DNA from: Raillietiella orientalis | Lineage: Eukaryota | DNA length: 64,000 bases | Direction of reading: 5' to 3' | Assembly (NCBI GenBank): GCA_036172245.1 | Contig: JAYWIR010000041.1 | Coordinates: 992,001 to 1,056,000, forward strand | Shown: one piece after another, positions 39,950 through 51,990 of the stretch | Position numbering within the stretch: the stretch's first letter is position 1 | How the letters are laid out: every line of letters starts with the position of its first letter | The notes under the pieces: model-generated | Told to the model about the DNA's origin: nothing | Databases searched by the model: none | What the model saw: the letters and a program-made list of their open reading frames with translations, nothing else | Made by a program: the position numbers and the translations under genes

Positions 39950-41790
39950 TTTCAGCATGGTTTCAGTGAGATCCCTTGACGAGATGTTCATGATCTGATG
40001 CTTGCTCTTGTTCGAGGCGAGATGCTTGGTTTAAACTGAGGCATCCCATCTTCGAAAGACATCTCAGTGATCGGATGTAGCGGTCCTCCGTTCGCGCGTG
40101 AAGGAGGAATGTTCCAAGGGGGATCGAGTTGTCTGCAGGACGATTCCTCAACGAACAAAACCGATTCCACCAAAGCGCAACGCATCTCCGGTACGTGATA
40201 GGCAGATCCATGAAACCGCAGGCTGAGCTGAGAGGCTGCTTCCCCTTCAGGAGCATCAAAGATCACTTCCAGGAACACGACTAGGTGGATTCTCCCGGGT
40301 GCATGCAGCTGCGGTCCTCAGTCACTCTGGAGTCTCCACGATGATGTGGTGATTTGGAAGCCATATTGGAAGGTTGCCTAACGACCGTTTGCACCCGATA
40401 TTCGGATCGTAGGCATATTGATAGTCAGATCTGTTTCTGGAGAAAAGGAAAAAATGTGGTGGTGGTGTGAACGTTGCCTCAACGACGGAGTAGTGCGAAT
40501 GAAAGATGAGCGAATGACAAAAGTTGGAGGCTTCTTAGATCTTGAAGTTTCCATAATAGTGGAAATGGGTGGTAAAGAATGCTGCTACAGTGGAAAGGCA
40601 TTGGTGGTTCCTTTCGTATCTGGAATTATAGAACTTATGGAAAAGGCATATTAGATTATAAAAATTGGAATAAGGAACAGAAATATAATACGAAATGGAA
40701 ACAGGACAGAGAATTTCGGTAGAATGGTACTCTAGTGCGAGCGATCAAGCTTCCCCTCTTCGTTATTCAGTTGTGCTTGCCTCCTAAGCCCCAGCGAAGA
40801 GCAGTCGAAACTTCCGTCTGCAGTTCCATATGTCCACTTTTAGCAGAAGCAGTGCAGTTTGGTTCCATTGCAATCGTAATGCGAGATTATCTCAGTTTCA
40901 TCTTTGGGGATACCTATGAAAGGCTATTGTGAACTGTTTGCACGGATTCTGGGTTCTAATCCCCACTTAAGAATATCTGGAATGCCGTCCTTCAGCTACA
41001 GTCATGCATTCTAATGGAAGGATGGAGGATTTGAAATCTAGCATCTGTTGATAGAGCATTCTAACCATTTGTTACCCCTTTCTTTCTGTTCAAGAAAACA
41101 CATGGCACAAGGTCCCCTCCCTACAAGAAGCCATGCTATTCAGGAACATAGGCAGTCTCACCGGTGCGTGATATCTAAAGATTAAACATTTCTCAGTATG
41201 TATTAGCGATTTTTTATTTATTTTCTTTCCAAGAAAAAACAACTTTTGAACCAAATCGAGAATTTCGGCTGAAGAATAAATGTAATCGAAAGCAGAAGAA
41301 TCCACAGCTGAACAGAATATGAGAGTTGAATTTTTTGTTATGCATTCAAAGTAAATTAAATATAGATCACATAAAATTCCCAGAAGGAGGAGGAAAAAAT
41401 TCAAATTGCATGTGTTCCACTAGCCTTCTGTTGGCATGGCAACAGCTGATAAGCTTCGCTGATCTTGGCAAACTTTTTGCTCCACTTTAACACCTTTTAC
41501 TTCTTTCCGTGTCTCCACTGATTGAAGTGCTCGACTGAATGCTGATGTACGATTCCGCTGGAAAACAAATGCAGATGCTGCCTCCTCAGCGACGAAAGTC
41601 ACAGCTGGAGGAAAGATGACTACTATTTGATCCGGGAACCAGACGAAGTAGTCACCACTGAGACAGAAGTGCATTTGCCACTGGAAAAACGGCGGATCTC
41701 CATCACTCGGAAGAGCAGCGCGTCCTGCAAAAACATCGCCGTATATTCCAGAGCAGAAAAGTGTTCAGGTGCTTGGAAAGTGCTCGGAAA
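39950..41790 (-). mobile_element. Decayed I-group-like non-LTR retrotransposon (EN, RT, pre-RNase H)
   Basis: LLWNIR (cf. EN start QWN.RG); ALRWGLGGK (cf. RT L..WG..G); LRTAAAC; LDPPWNIP (cf. PPW..P). Confidence 0.4.
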
Positions 41791-42003
41791 TGGGATAGGG
41801 GGATAGAAATTCAGATGCAAATTACGTGTCTCTGCTATTGAGATGTTCTTTTGCCCATTCTTTTTTTCATGGCCTCACCGATTCGCCAACGGACTCTTTC
41901 CCCGTTTTGCGTATTAACCCTTTGAGTGCTGTGGACGCATCTATGCGTCTGGCAAGTGCTTGTACACGCGTGCAATCACACGCTTGTACAATGCTTGTAC
42001 AAT

Positions 42004-42185
42004 TTTTCGCGACCTCGATGTTGATTTAGGCATCTATGAGATGAATGAGGTTCATAGTAGCAGTCTGTTCGGCTGAAAATCCTGCTTGATTGGAGTTTAG
42101 ATCGGCGTAAGCCACATTGGTTTCTACCTACAAATAATGGTGGGTTTTCTTAGTACGGAAGGATTGGAAGGCTGAAATGTTTTTT
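42004..42185 (+). pseudogene. rrnL: NUMT: 3' end of mitochondrial 16S rRNA
   Basis: Conserved animal mt-16S domain V motifs in order: gcgacctcgatgttga (42009), gtctgttcg, gagtttagatcggcgtaagcca..ttggtttcta (42093-42126), tagtacggaagga (42151). Confidence 0.9.
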
Positions 42186-42199
42186 AATTGAAAAAGAAC

Positions 42200-42600
42200 T
42201 GTAAAAATGTATTGATGGTTGTTCAAGGAGGATTATGGAACATTAGTGATGTTATTATGTGGTATTTGTGATTTTGGTTGAGTGCAAGATTGGTGGGATA
42301 TAATGGTGCGAAGGATTGAGTAAAGTGAGAGTGTTTTTTTGATGTTGATTAAGTAAATTTTAAATTTGGTTGTTTAAAGAGGTAAAAATTAGTTTAAGAG
42401 AATATTTTTTTTATAGTGGAAAGGAGAAATTTTTGTTTAAAATTGAGAATTAATATGATAATGGTATGTATGTTAAAGTTGGAATTTGACTGTGTTTGAG
42501 GATGTTAGTAAAGATTTTAGTAAGTAATTTGAGTAGGAGCAAATTGATCCAATGTTGATAATTATTTGGATTTTGTTGGATTTAAATGTGGAACTATTAG
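42200..42600 (+). pseudogene. nad1: NUMT: 5' part of mitochondrial NADH dehydrogenase subunit 1
   Basis: VVFVILVECKI at 42259-42291 (cf. VAF.TLLERKILG), followed by frameshifted RKG..KV and F.D..K-like segments. Extreme T/G-rich, C-poor skew typical of a mitochondrial strand. Contiguous with the rrnL fragment. Confidence 0.7.
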
Positions 42601-43005
42601 TACTCCCTTAACCCCTTATTTCCCGTAAACAAATTTCTGCTTATATCGGCTAACGATTCTCGGTTTTCCTCGGTGTGGCAGTATGATTTTTGTTATTGAG
42701 GTGTAACCACACCCAAATGAATGATTGAGGTGTTATCGCTATTACTACATTCGAAATCATTATTTCTAAATAAATAATATCTGTTTGGAAAAAATCCAAA
42801 TATTTCGTTTAATGTGATGTGAATAAACAATTGCAATAGTAACTGTAATTGGCACTTTATATAAAGTCAGTCTGTGGCACCTCTGATAGAACACGCGGCA
42901 CGCGAAAAAGCGTTCCTTCCACAGAGGTCGCAGCTCGCGTGCCGTCAACACAGAACGTTTAAATGTGACCAGGCCCGCACCAGAAGGGTTAAGCGAGAGC
43001 GTTTT

Positions 43006-43030
43006 TGTGTGTGTGTGTGTGTGTGTGTGT
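43006..43030. repeat. (TG)n microsatellite
   Basis: Directly visible, about 12 units. Confidence 0.95.
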
Positions 43031-43099
43031 TCTCTTCGTCCCAAACTTTTTGCAGTGTGCGACTCGACACGATAGATCGATTAGTCGATCCAATTGATA

Positions 43100-45300
43100 G
43101 ACTGCAACTCGTAAGAGCCATTCGGTCAATCCGTAAACTGCACACTTCCTTCTGTTTTCCCGCTCTTCGGGGCACATGACAAGGAGGCCACCTTCCACAC
43201 ATGACGTAGGCAGCCGACAGGACTGTGCGCGCATCACCAAAGGAAACAACACTTAGAGAAGGAAGTGGTGTCACTGGACAGCATCGAAGACCGGAGAAGA
43301 CTCCGAAGTACAGTTCGCTCCTTGGACCCTCCCTCTTACTTAGCAGCACCCAGAGAGCTCCCTGCTCCGAGTTGGCATCGATCTTTGCCTCATAGCTCCG
43401 ATTCACGCGGCTTCATTGGGTGGCTGGTTCACTGTGCCCAGGAGCTTCACCTATTCTTTTTCCCATATGGTTTCATTTTTTGGTTAGTCTGTGCTTCACC
43501 TTCTAATTGTGGGCTTTCTTTAGTAGGTGCCCGTATGGTGGCGTTGCACGCTCTGGATAGGGCTTCCCCCTTCCGTTTGTTCCGCCGGTCGTTTGAGTAA
43601 AAGCAAAAACCAACAAAAGCGACATCTGCACTGGTAAATGGGGCACTCCGTGGGTGTTGTGTCCACACTTCGATGATGCTTTCCTTCGTTCTGTGCGACA
43701 ATCATGTCCCTGCTTAAGTCTCATACTGTTCCCTAATGAATAAGCAGCCGCAACTCGGAGAATCCCCATGGGTTTCGCTTATATAGACATTTCTTCCGCC
43801 AAAAATGGGAGCAACTTCGATCGGATGTCGATAATCCGGAAGATTAAGATCATGGGACAATGCAGGCGTTCGGAGGGCATTCTCTCGCTGAGCTTCAGCC
43901 AGTACAAGAACGACTACTTTTGATAGGGGGATCTATACGAGGTAACTCCTGGAAACTCCGAGCAAGGATTCCGCCTCAGGTTGAGTTTGTGTGCATCACG
44001 TGAGCGCAGATCGAGGAGTAAGACCGAAGTTCAGATCCGGGTGGTTCTTAGCGAGAGAACATTCTCAGCGGACTGGGGATATTTGGTTCCTGAAAAGCTA
44101 ATGAGGAGCAGATTTCTCGCAGCGGCGCCGACCACCTGCGTGCATAACAAGATAGCAGGAACGCAGTGGATGGGAATCTGTTTAAGGCAATGTCTCGATG
44201 GGGGCCTAAAGAAAACGGAAGTCTTGCCATCCTCTCGTGGCGCAGTGAGGACGACGCTCTCAATTAGAGTAAAGTGCCCTCTGCACAGGGTGGTCAATCA
44301 CGAGGAAGCAGTCAAAGTCCATGGATACAGAAGTGTTTCTCGTGGATTCCGCACGCCACTGACATACAGACGGCTTGGAGAGCGTGCTCCTTCCGTGCTG
44401 AAACTTCCCACATCCCTGGGAATTTCGCCTTTATCGTGGTTGTTGCTGCTGTTGCTATAGTTTCCAGTGGAATTAGTGGTTCCTAATGGGACAAAGAAAA
44501 GAGGCCAGGAGTTATTCGACAAATGATGGCGGATTTTTTCCCCAGAGTGGGGGTACCTCCAGACCGAGAGGACTGTGAACAAGCTGGCTGCACAGGGTGG
44601 GGTAAAATCCTCGTTCAGCACATCCTTGAACGTTCGCATCGTAGCGACGGGGTCAGACTAACGAGGGTCGCGAAACTGAAAGATTGGAGCTCGAGGCAAT
44701 GATGGCGCCACGTCCGCTGCCTTTGGAACGGTGAAGTTGCGGTTGTTTTTGCTTGCGCCAATCGAAGTGCGTTCAGGTGAGGCAAAGCTGCATCTGCGAT
44801 TCTCCGGCAATTGCTAAGAAGCAGCATCCATGTAAACCCTAAAACAGCAAAGGACCGAATCTGCACAAGCACAATGAAACTCCATCCGTAATTACTGTAG
44901 CTAACGTAAATATTATGTAGACTGCGCACATTGTGTTTAGAATTAAGATGGGAAATGAAACGTCCTTAATGTCTGATGCCTGAGGATCACTATGAAAGTG
45001 ACCTCGCACTCTTTTCGAGTCTTCAAGGGTTATAGCGGATTTTTTAACTTGATAGTTAGACCGGTCAAGTTACTGGGTTATGAAAGACCAAGTCTTTCTC
45101 TTTTTGGGGGGAAGACAGTGCGGATATTTCATCCATGGTAAGGGTAGCTTTCTGGGCAGCAGATGGGACTTGTTCAGCTAAACTGGTAAAGAAGATGGAT
45201 CCCCCTCTAACAACGAATGAGACGAGGAGAGCAGAAAAGTAGATGTGGCTGGTAATACCAAGCCAAACAAACGGCTGTGAGTTCCTCATGGAGCCGAGCG
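43100..45300 (-). mobile_element. Decayed I-group-like non-LTR retrotransposon (RT, RNase H, C-terminal Cys/His)
   Basis: LTMDEISAL; GEIPRDVGSFS (cf. GVPQGSVLS); TLLYP (YADD position); VGAAARNLLL (cf. WGA....LL); RVAAA; APGHSE...AK (cf. RNase H W.PGH.G..GNE.AD..AK); CGRWPPCHV. Confidence 0.5.
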
Positions 45301-45549
45301 AAATGCCTTCTAAAGCAGTGGACTAAGCACAAATTCTGTGCATGCTCAGATCGTTAAACACTGAACACACATGTTTGCTAGAGTAACGGAAACACGGCCA
45401 GATTTCGTGCAAAAGGAAGATGTGTTCTCTATGGAAACACAGGACGACCCGTTCCTTTCTCGTTTGTCATAACCATTCCTAAGAGGATGAAAATGAAAAA
45501 TTTGCTTGCGCTCCCGGTGAGAGCTGACCTTGTACGAAAATTCAGCAAG

Positions 45550-46540
45550 ATTTACAGAGATTGTGGATACGGCAAAACAGCATTGGCGCGTCCTCCTGGT
45601 TCCTCTTATGGCACCCAAAAATTCTTGTCATGGAACAGCTTATAGCTATCGTTTGTATTAGCCGTGTTTCCGAAATGCTGAATTTGGAGCTTCGGGTTGA
45701 ATGCTTACATGCGAAAACCCCCCTTTCCCTGTCCACACAAAAAAATAAAATGCAAAAACAAGCAATGAATCCTATATTAAAAGCAGCCGGACGTTTCCTT
45801 GGAAACAAGCTGGAACGTGTCCGTGCATTAGAATGGAAACAAAGAAATGCCTTCCCAAGAAATCCCACCCATGGTCTTCAGGCTTCCTGTGTGTTCATGC
45901 TTTGGCATCTCTTTCCGAACAGTTCTAGTATTTTTGTTTGTTCCTCTTCTTGAAAAAGAAATACGACTCTAAGAATTCTAGTAGGCATCACCAGGAGGCT
46001 CCCCATTCCTATTCTAACGAAAATAGCGAGGCATCTTTTTGCTTTACAAGCTTCATGAATAGGTTCATAATTCGTGAGAGTTTCTGAAAGAAAATGAGCA
46101 GATGACCTATATGGGTCTTCTTTTTACATTAATTTTGCTTGGCGCGACAAGACGGTCATCATCAATATTTTGAAAGCACCGAAGACCGTTCCTTTCACAC
46201 CAGTCGGATAAGTAATAAATAATGCATTCGAAACTCTGAAAAGTTTGGGGGAAAAATAAAATAAAATAAAAAGTGGCTCTCGAAAGAGGCGGCAGCACTG
46301 TCTAACCCTATTCTCCCAATCTGGAACGAACCATATGAACGGCACCAGACCCTCGCACATTTCCAGCCGTCTCTGGCAATGGCTGCTGCTTTGTTTCGGA
46401 AAAGGAAACAGAAAAACGAGCGGATGAGAGCCATCCTGGGCGCTCCAAGGCTTTGATTCGAGGCATCGCCTTCACGGCGTCCTGGAGCAGACCCCAGTGT
46501 CAGCCCGCATGTTCATCCTCTTCGGACCGTTAGATGAGGA
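45550..46540 (-). pseudogene. NACHT-domain remnant
   Basis: RMNMRADTGVCSRT (Walker A-like), PWSAQ...LVFLFPF (cf. W........VF..), and CHKRNQE (cf. F.HK..QE). Confidence 0.35.
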
Positions 46541-46799
46541 CGCAGAGGAAGCCTTCTCGCTCCTTGTAGGTTAAAAAAAAAAAAAAAACTGTCAATTTCG
46601 AATCGTTTCCAGGGAAAACGTCGGATTCTTTGGATGTGCTTTGGTCTGCAAGAGGGTGCTGATCATTAGATATTGCGTTCATCTTTATCACTTTGAAGTC
46701 CTTACCTCTCTCTCTCTTTTTTTTTTTTTTTTTTTAATGCTTGTTGCTCTCCATAGATTTAGAGTTCTCTGACAAGCTGTGCTCTTAAGGAGTTTTTAC

Positions 46800-48480
46800 G
46801 AATCACAGCGAGATATCGTGAAGTGTTGCTGCTATTTTTTCATAGAGATGGGGGTCTTGTAGAGAGGGTTCGAATCTCACAGCCTTTCGTTCAGAACCGG
46901 GAATTCTCACCAATGCGCCAAGCTCTCCTGCTAGAGTTTCGGCTCTGCATGGGGCCAAAGGTTTATTGCCCTCTTGTGTTTCGACTATGTAAGCATGCAC
47001 GCGGTCCTTTGGGGGATATTCTGACCCATGCATCCGATAGATATCTCGGCAGTGTGGGATGCTGGACGACAAAATCAGAATCTGTGCTCTTAGTTAGAGT
47101 TCGTGGACCTTGCGGAACTCCCTTGCGCCAGATCGTTCGCCCTGCACCGTCAAGGTTCCATCCAGTAGAGAATTAGTGCTCCTTGATGAAGATCCATATG
47201 ATATGCAACCACATCAGTCCAGTCGGATCGACAAGACAGTGGGGATGCGAGGACTAGGAGGGAAGTCAAACAAGGATGTCCCCTAAGTGCGTTACCCTTC
47301 ATCACCACCATAGAGCCGGTTTTATGCAGGAACCTCGTTCGGGGATGCTGATGACTCGGTAATGCTGACAGATTCTCCTGAGGAGTTTAAGAAAGGACTG
47401 GAACTCCTGCTTGTGTGTTGGTCTCTCTGTTAACCCGTTAAGTGTACCACGCTGCAGCCACCCCACGTGGTGCATGCCAACTGCCTTCCACATCAGTAGA
47501 CGAGACATCCCACACTTAGAAACGGATGAAGACCGCAAATACTTGAAAAAACCCTGAGCTGTGTCATCCGATGATCCCTCGAGGGATGAAGTAGTGGCCA
47601 AAGAGAGGTTATTTTTGATTCTAGATTGTCCTCCTGAAAATAAAAATAAAAATGGATGCCCTGAAAGACTTTTCTATCTTAGGCTGGTCTGTTTCTGGAG
47701 TCTGGGAGAATTCCCTAAGTATAATTGGATTCTCGTAAAACTGTCATATCAAAGGTTGACCGATATCTTCACCTATCCAGGAGAGCAGTCAGCCAGAACC
47801 TATTCAAAGAACTTTCGAAAGAGAGGTCAAGTGATGAAGAAGAGAATGTCCATTTCGCCTAAGGATGCTCGGTTGGGTGAATTCCCATCCGGGAAATTCC
47901 AGAGAAACAGCGTAAACATACGAAGCAGCATGTGGACCGCAGGGAGACAAGCGTCATCTTGCGGGATGCAGGCGGAGAGCCGTAGGTCGTGGGCGCAAGC
48001 AGCAGCGTAATCGGCGCAACCCCGCCACCCCCGCCGTCGTCGTTGCCGTCTCTCAGGCGACCTAGCGCCCACGAAGTGTAGGATCCGCGCAGACTGGGAT
48101 CCCTACACTCCTCCGTGGCTCCCCCGAGGCGGTTCCTCAAGGACCTTCGGCGCCTAATGAAGAAGTGGCAGTTGGCACAAAAGCTCAAGGAAGAGGAACT
48201 GTCCTACACGCACGAGATCCTCGGCTTCTGGGACGTGGCGACCGTTGCGAAGGAGCCGGTCCCGGCAGCAGAAGACAAGGGAATGACCTCCTCCTCCAGC
48301 GTGTATCAGTGGCTGGAGCAGCACTACGGACGCAGGCGTCGCTGAAGGCTTCCTCCCTCTCCAGGATGGACTCCCGCCGCTCCGCCACAAAGGAACTGCC
48401 TCCTTCGCCTCCTCCCAGGAGGAACGATTCCACACAGCTGAGCGAACCGCGGCCCTGCTAATACCTCCCTCCCCTAAGGC
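46800..48480 (+). mobile_element. L1/Tx1-like ORF2 remnant (EN joined directly to RT core by a deletion)
   Basis: SSRIDK (EN) directly followed by VKQGCPLSALPFITTIEP at ~47265-47320, GDADD (YADD), GLSVN and KYL; SSSVYQWL downstream. Confidence 0.8.
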
Positions 48481-48599
48481 TAGCCCCGCTACTTCCTCAG
48501 TTCGCTCTGCTGGAAGAAAAGAGCTGGCAGAAGGGGAGATCCAGTCCCATAGAGATGGCACTCAGTCAGAGGTCGAACGACCAGCAGCACGCCCCCCCA

Positions 48600-49160
48600 C
48601 CCCCGGTCTCTGGAAAGCAAGGAAGCTGGAGGAACTCCACCCTTCTCTCCTTCTCCTCCCAGGGCGTCGTCTCCTTGGTATCGTCGGCCATGTAGCGGAG
48701 CGTCTGTTTCTGCCGCTTCCGCCCCATTACGATCTCTTCGATCCACGGTACAATCCGCCCACCTTTTTTTCATGTCAGCTTCTTTGGTAAGCTTCCGAAT
48801 AGGCGATAGAAAGAGCGTGCGGCTTTGAGCTGTGGCTTTTTGTCCGCTTGCCGTTCCTCGCATTGGCTCGCCCGGTCCGCGCTCCATTAATTGTCCTCCA
48901 GAATCACGCCTGTCCCTGGCGCTCGCCGAAAGCGATTCCTGGAGAAGCTCTGAAAGAAGCCTCTCACGGTCCTCTCTCGTTCCTCGTCACCAGGAAGACC
49001 GGATGCGAACCTGGATGCGGCAGCAACCGGGATACGAACTCCATGCCAAATCCATTCTTCGCACGTCAGTCGAGGCTCGGGGTTTCGGGACGCCTAGAAT
49101 TCCTCAAGGATTTTCCGAACTTAATCACAGATCCCCAAAAGTCTTGAAGCAGAGGCTGCC
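48600..49160 (-). mobile_element. L1/Tx1-like endonuclease remnant
   Basis: DRERLLSELL...SGGQL (cf. R..F...L....GGDFN) and KLTKEADMKKRW (cf. L.D.W). Confidence 0.35.
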
Positions 49161-49664
49161 TCTCTCCTGGGCGTTTCTTTTCAGCATTGCGCGTGCAGTA
49201 ATGCGGGAAAATTAAAAAAAAAAAAAACTCTCATCTTTCGCACCGCGAAGCGGTTCGAAAAAACCCTTTCTCTCAAACTCTCAGAAGGTTTTTTTTTTTT
49301 CTATTTATTTCATGGAAATTTCAGCTGTTCCATTGGTGGGCAAACATCCACGTTGTTTCATTTTTCCATGCGCACAACGCGCGTACAAAAAGCCGACTCT
49401 CACGCTACCGAATGCCCTCACGTGCAGTGGAACATCAGGTTCCCTTTAGTCGTTTCCGCGGCAATTCTCTGCCTCCTTAGAGGCTGTAATGCTGCAGATG
49501 CTGATACGCCGCTATCTGCTGGCTTCTCACCAGATCTTCTGCGATGCCCTTTGCTGCCGCCCATTAGACTTTCAACGTGGTTTCCCTTCGGCATCAGCTC
49601 TGCTGTGTCTCCCTCCAACTTTCTTTTTTTGAAGGCCAGTAGCGACGTCACGGGTCACCATTGA

Positions 49665-51560
49665 CCTAGGATGATTATCACCCGGCCATGCCTGGCATTT
49701 ATTACATAAAGCAATAAAAGTAAACTTGTGTGGTAGAACCCTTGGTTCTACCACATGCTTGGAACCTATTAAAGAGCGCCATGCAGACCGACGAGGCCTG
49801 TTTCGGTAGCGTGAGGGAAGGGAAAACAAAAAGCATAACAGGGGAGGGGGGAAGGGGACGACCGAGGAAGGGATCACAGTACGCTGCCAGGAGTCCTCTG
49901 AATCTTGTTCAGGGTGTCGGCAAGTTCTCTCCGTGTTGCGCTCAGGTGGGGTCATCTCAGGCGGTCCTCAGGAAGATCCGCGCTCGGTGGATGGCGTCCC
50001 TGCCACTACGGCCTCTCCTTCTGGCGTTCCAGGCCGCCGTAATCCCTGCGAAGACAGTAGAGAACTGCGAGGGACGCGGCTGGCGGCAGTGAGGCACGCG
50101 CAAAGAGGCGTCTGAAAATGTCCCTGGGGGGTCTAGAACGATGGAAAAATCCATTTGGGTTCTTCTGTTTCCTCTGCCTCCCTTCCAGCTTTTTTTTTAT
50201 GTTATTTTTTTCGGGTTTTCTTTTCTTGGTTCGCTTAGTATCGCCTCCTTGTGGATGGCTCAAGAACCTCTTTAGCACTGCCTACGCCACCCGAGGTTAG
50301 GGACCACCGTATGAATCCAGGAAGGCTTCGGAGGAAGGATTCCGTTCCTCTTACGCTTGGTAGGGAACCCTTGTCCTTATTCTCTCCGGAGGGACTCCCC
50401 GGAGGGGACCACTCCATTATGTCTTCTCCGTAGGGAACGCGCAAGGGAACCGCTCCTTGTTTCCTTCTCCTCTGAAGAAAACTCCAAAGCAACGCTCCCA
50501 AATTTCTCTGAAGGGCGACCCCCGAAGGGAGCAGCGAGCTTCTTGCACTCTGGTAAGGCTAACCCCCGAGGGGAGTATCAACCAGCTCTATGGCGCACCA
50601 TGGAGGGTTCCCCCCCGAAAGGGAGGACGGTTCCATCCTAACAAGTCGATGGGAACCCCGAAGGCAACCGACTCCTTGGTTCTTGGAGAGAAGATCCGCG
50701 AGAGTCAACTTCTACTCCCGGACAATCAATGGAGGCATCCGGCAACGCTTGGGGCCACACGCGGAGACGGCAGCCACGCGGCCGCCAATGCGGGCTTCAG
50801 CTTTCTTGGAGCATCTGTTGCCGTGCTTACGCAGTCACAGTCTTGGTCTAGCGGTGGTCAGGTCTCTCCTTCGCCTCAGGCTACACAGAATTTGTCTTGC
50901 GGATCCTAGGACCAGTGCGTGATTTCTCTCCAGGTCCAAGGTAGGGCAAATCACCCTAGACATAAAAGGGTAGCTTCACTTTCCCTAGAGCGCGGAACCT
51001 GTTGCCAAAGCCTCCGTAACATCAGTCCTGTGCAATCTTATCTACTACCTTTCGTTTGCTTGGTCTTCATGCTTGGTTAGTTCCTCAAGGATCTTGACAC
51101 ACATTCAGCTCCTCTGATCCTTGATTCACCTATAGTTCTCTTGTCTTGCACACGAATTTTCCTTATGCTCCTCTGATTCTTCTGTAGAAAATCATCTGGT
51201 GTGTGAAGTTTCCTGGCAGTTGCTCTCCAACATATTTCAGTTTCCAGTTCCTCGACCACTCTGCCGTCGGCCACGGAATGCGAGTATCATCGCCAGTCCT
51301 TCCTTCAAGAGTTCTTTGCTCGTTGGGGTGGTTTTGAGTTTGGTTGCTCATGTTAGGTTTTGCTCCGTCCTCCAGGTGGAGTCTGCGTTCCTCCATTCGG
51401 CTCGCTGTTCCACAGGATGGACAGGCCTTCGCTCTGAATGTGGTTTCCTCGTTCTGCACAGGGATATTCTTCCCTCTCTTCCAGTAGTCGAATAAATTCC
51501 CCGATGCATGGGGTCTCTGTCGTGTATCGTCTTCATCCCCAATTCCCCCTGTTCTCTGGA
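49665..51560 (-). mobile_element. L1/Tx1-like LINE, family X copy C
   Basis: EGRISLC...RRPV (RT domain 1-2). PRDIFRRLFARASL..VLYCL/AGITAAWNARR..DAIHRARIFLRTA is homologous to copies A, B and D. Terminal aataaatgccaggcatggccgggtgat. Confidence 0.75.
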
Positions 51561-51628
51561 TAGATGCAGATGCTGCATCTTTATTTTTTAGACATTTGTT
51601 CTACGAAAACTTAGTCATTGGGGGAAAA

Positions 51629-51990
51629 TAGGAAACTAGGAATGCTCCTCTGTTATCATGTCTCTTCGTTATCCTTGTATACATTTCGCTATGTATGTGC
51701 ATATATATATGTAATACCAGATAATGATGATGATGCCTTGCTTCTATCTGAAGTTGTGTGTTGCCTTGTTTTCCAGCACACAGCCGCTACAGGGAAACAC
51801 CTCCAAAGCGATGTCTCCAAAGCAGTATGCTCCAGAAGTTGCTAGGCACTCCCTCACATGGTATTCTTCAAGCAAGAGGGGATTCTCTCGCGATTTCCTT
51901 CTTTTTTTTTCCTGCTTCACTGTTGTTAACCGTGCTTTGAAAATCCTCCTCAGGTGGAAACGATATCAGAGGAGCATTCCTAGTTTCCTA
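51629..51990. mobile_element. MITE / non-autonomous TIR element (~360 bp)
   Basis: 29-bp inverted repeat with one mismatch: taggaaactaggaatgctcctctgttatc (51629-51657) vs gatatcagaggagcattcctagtttccta (51962-51990). Confidence 0.75.

Larger units (their letters stand above)
41914..42992. mobile_element. Possible non-autonomous piggyBac-like element (TTAA target, CCC...GGG ends) enclosing the NUMT
   Basis: Left end ttaa|ccctttgagtgc..tggacgcatctatgcgtctg at 41914. Right end, reverse-complemented: ttaa|cccttctggtgc..tggtcacatttaaacgttctg, ending at 42992. A second ttaacccc at 42608 allows an alternative pairing. Confidence 0.4.

Noticed and set aside
41955..42003. Short gcttgtaca repeats as a CRISPR-like array
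   Set aside because: Only three 9-bp units with irregular short spacing, in eukaryotic context with no cas genes; more likely transposon subterminal repeats.
42004..42185. Functional rRNA gene or mitochondrial contig contamination
   Set aside because: Only ~180 bp of 16S, with substitutions in conserved positions, frameshifted nad1 and nuclear repeats on both sides, so it is a NUMT.
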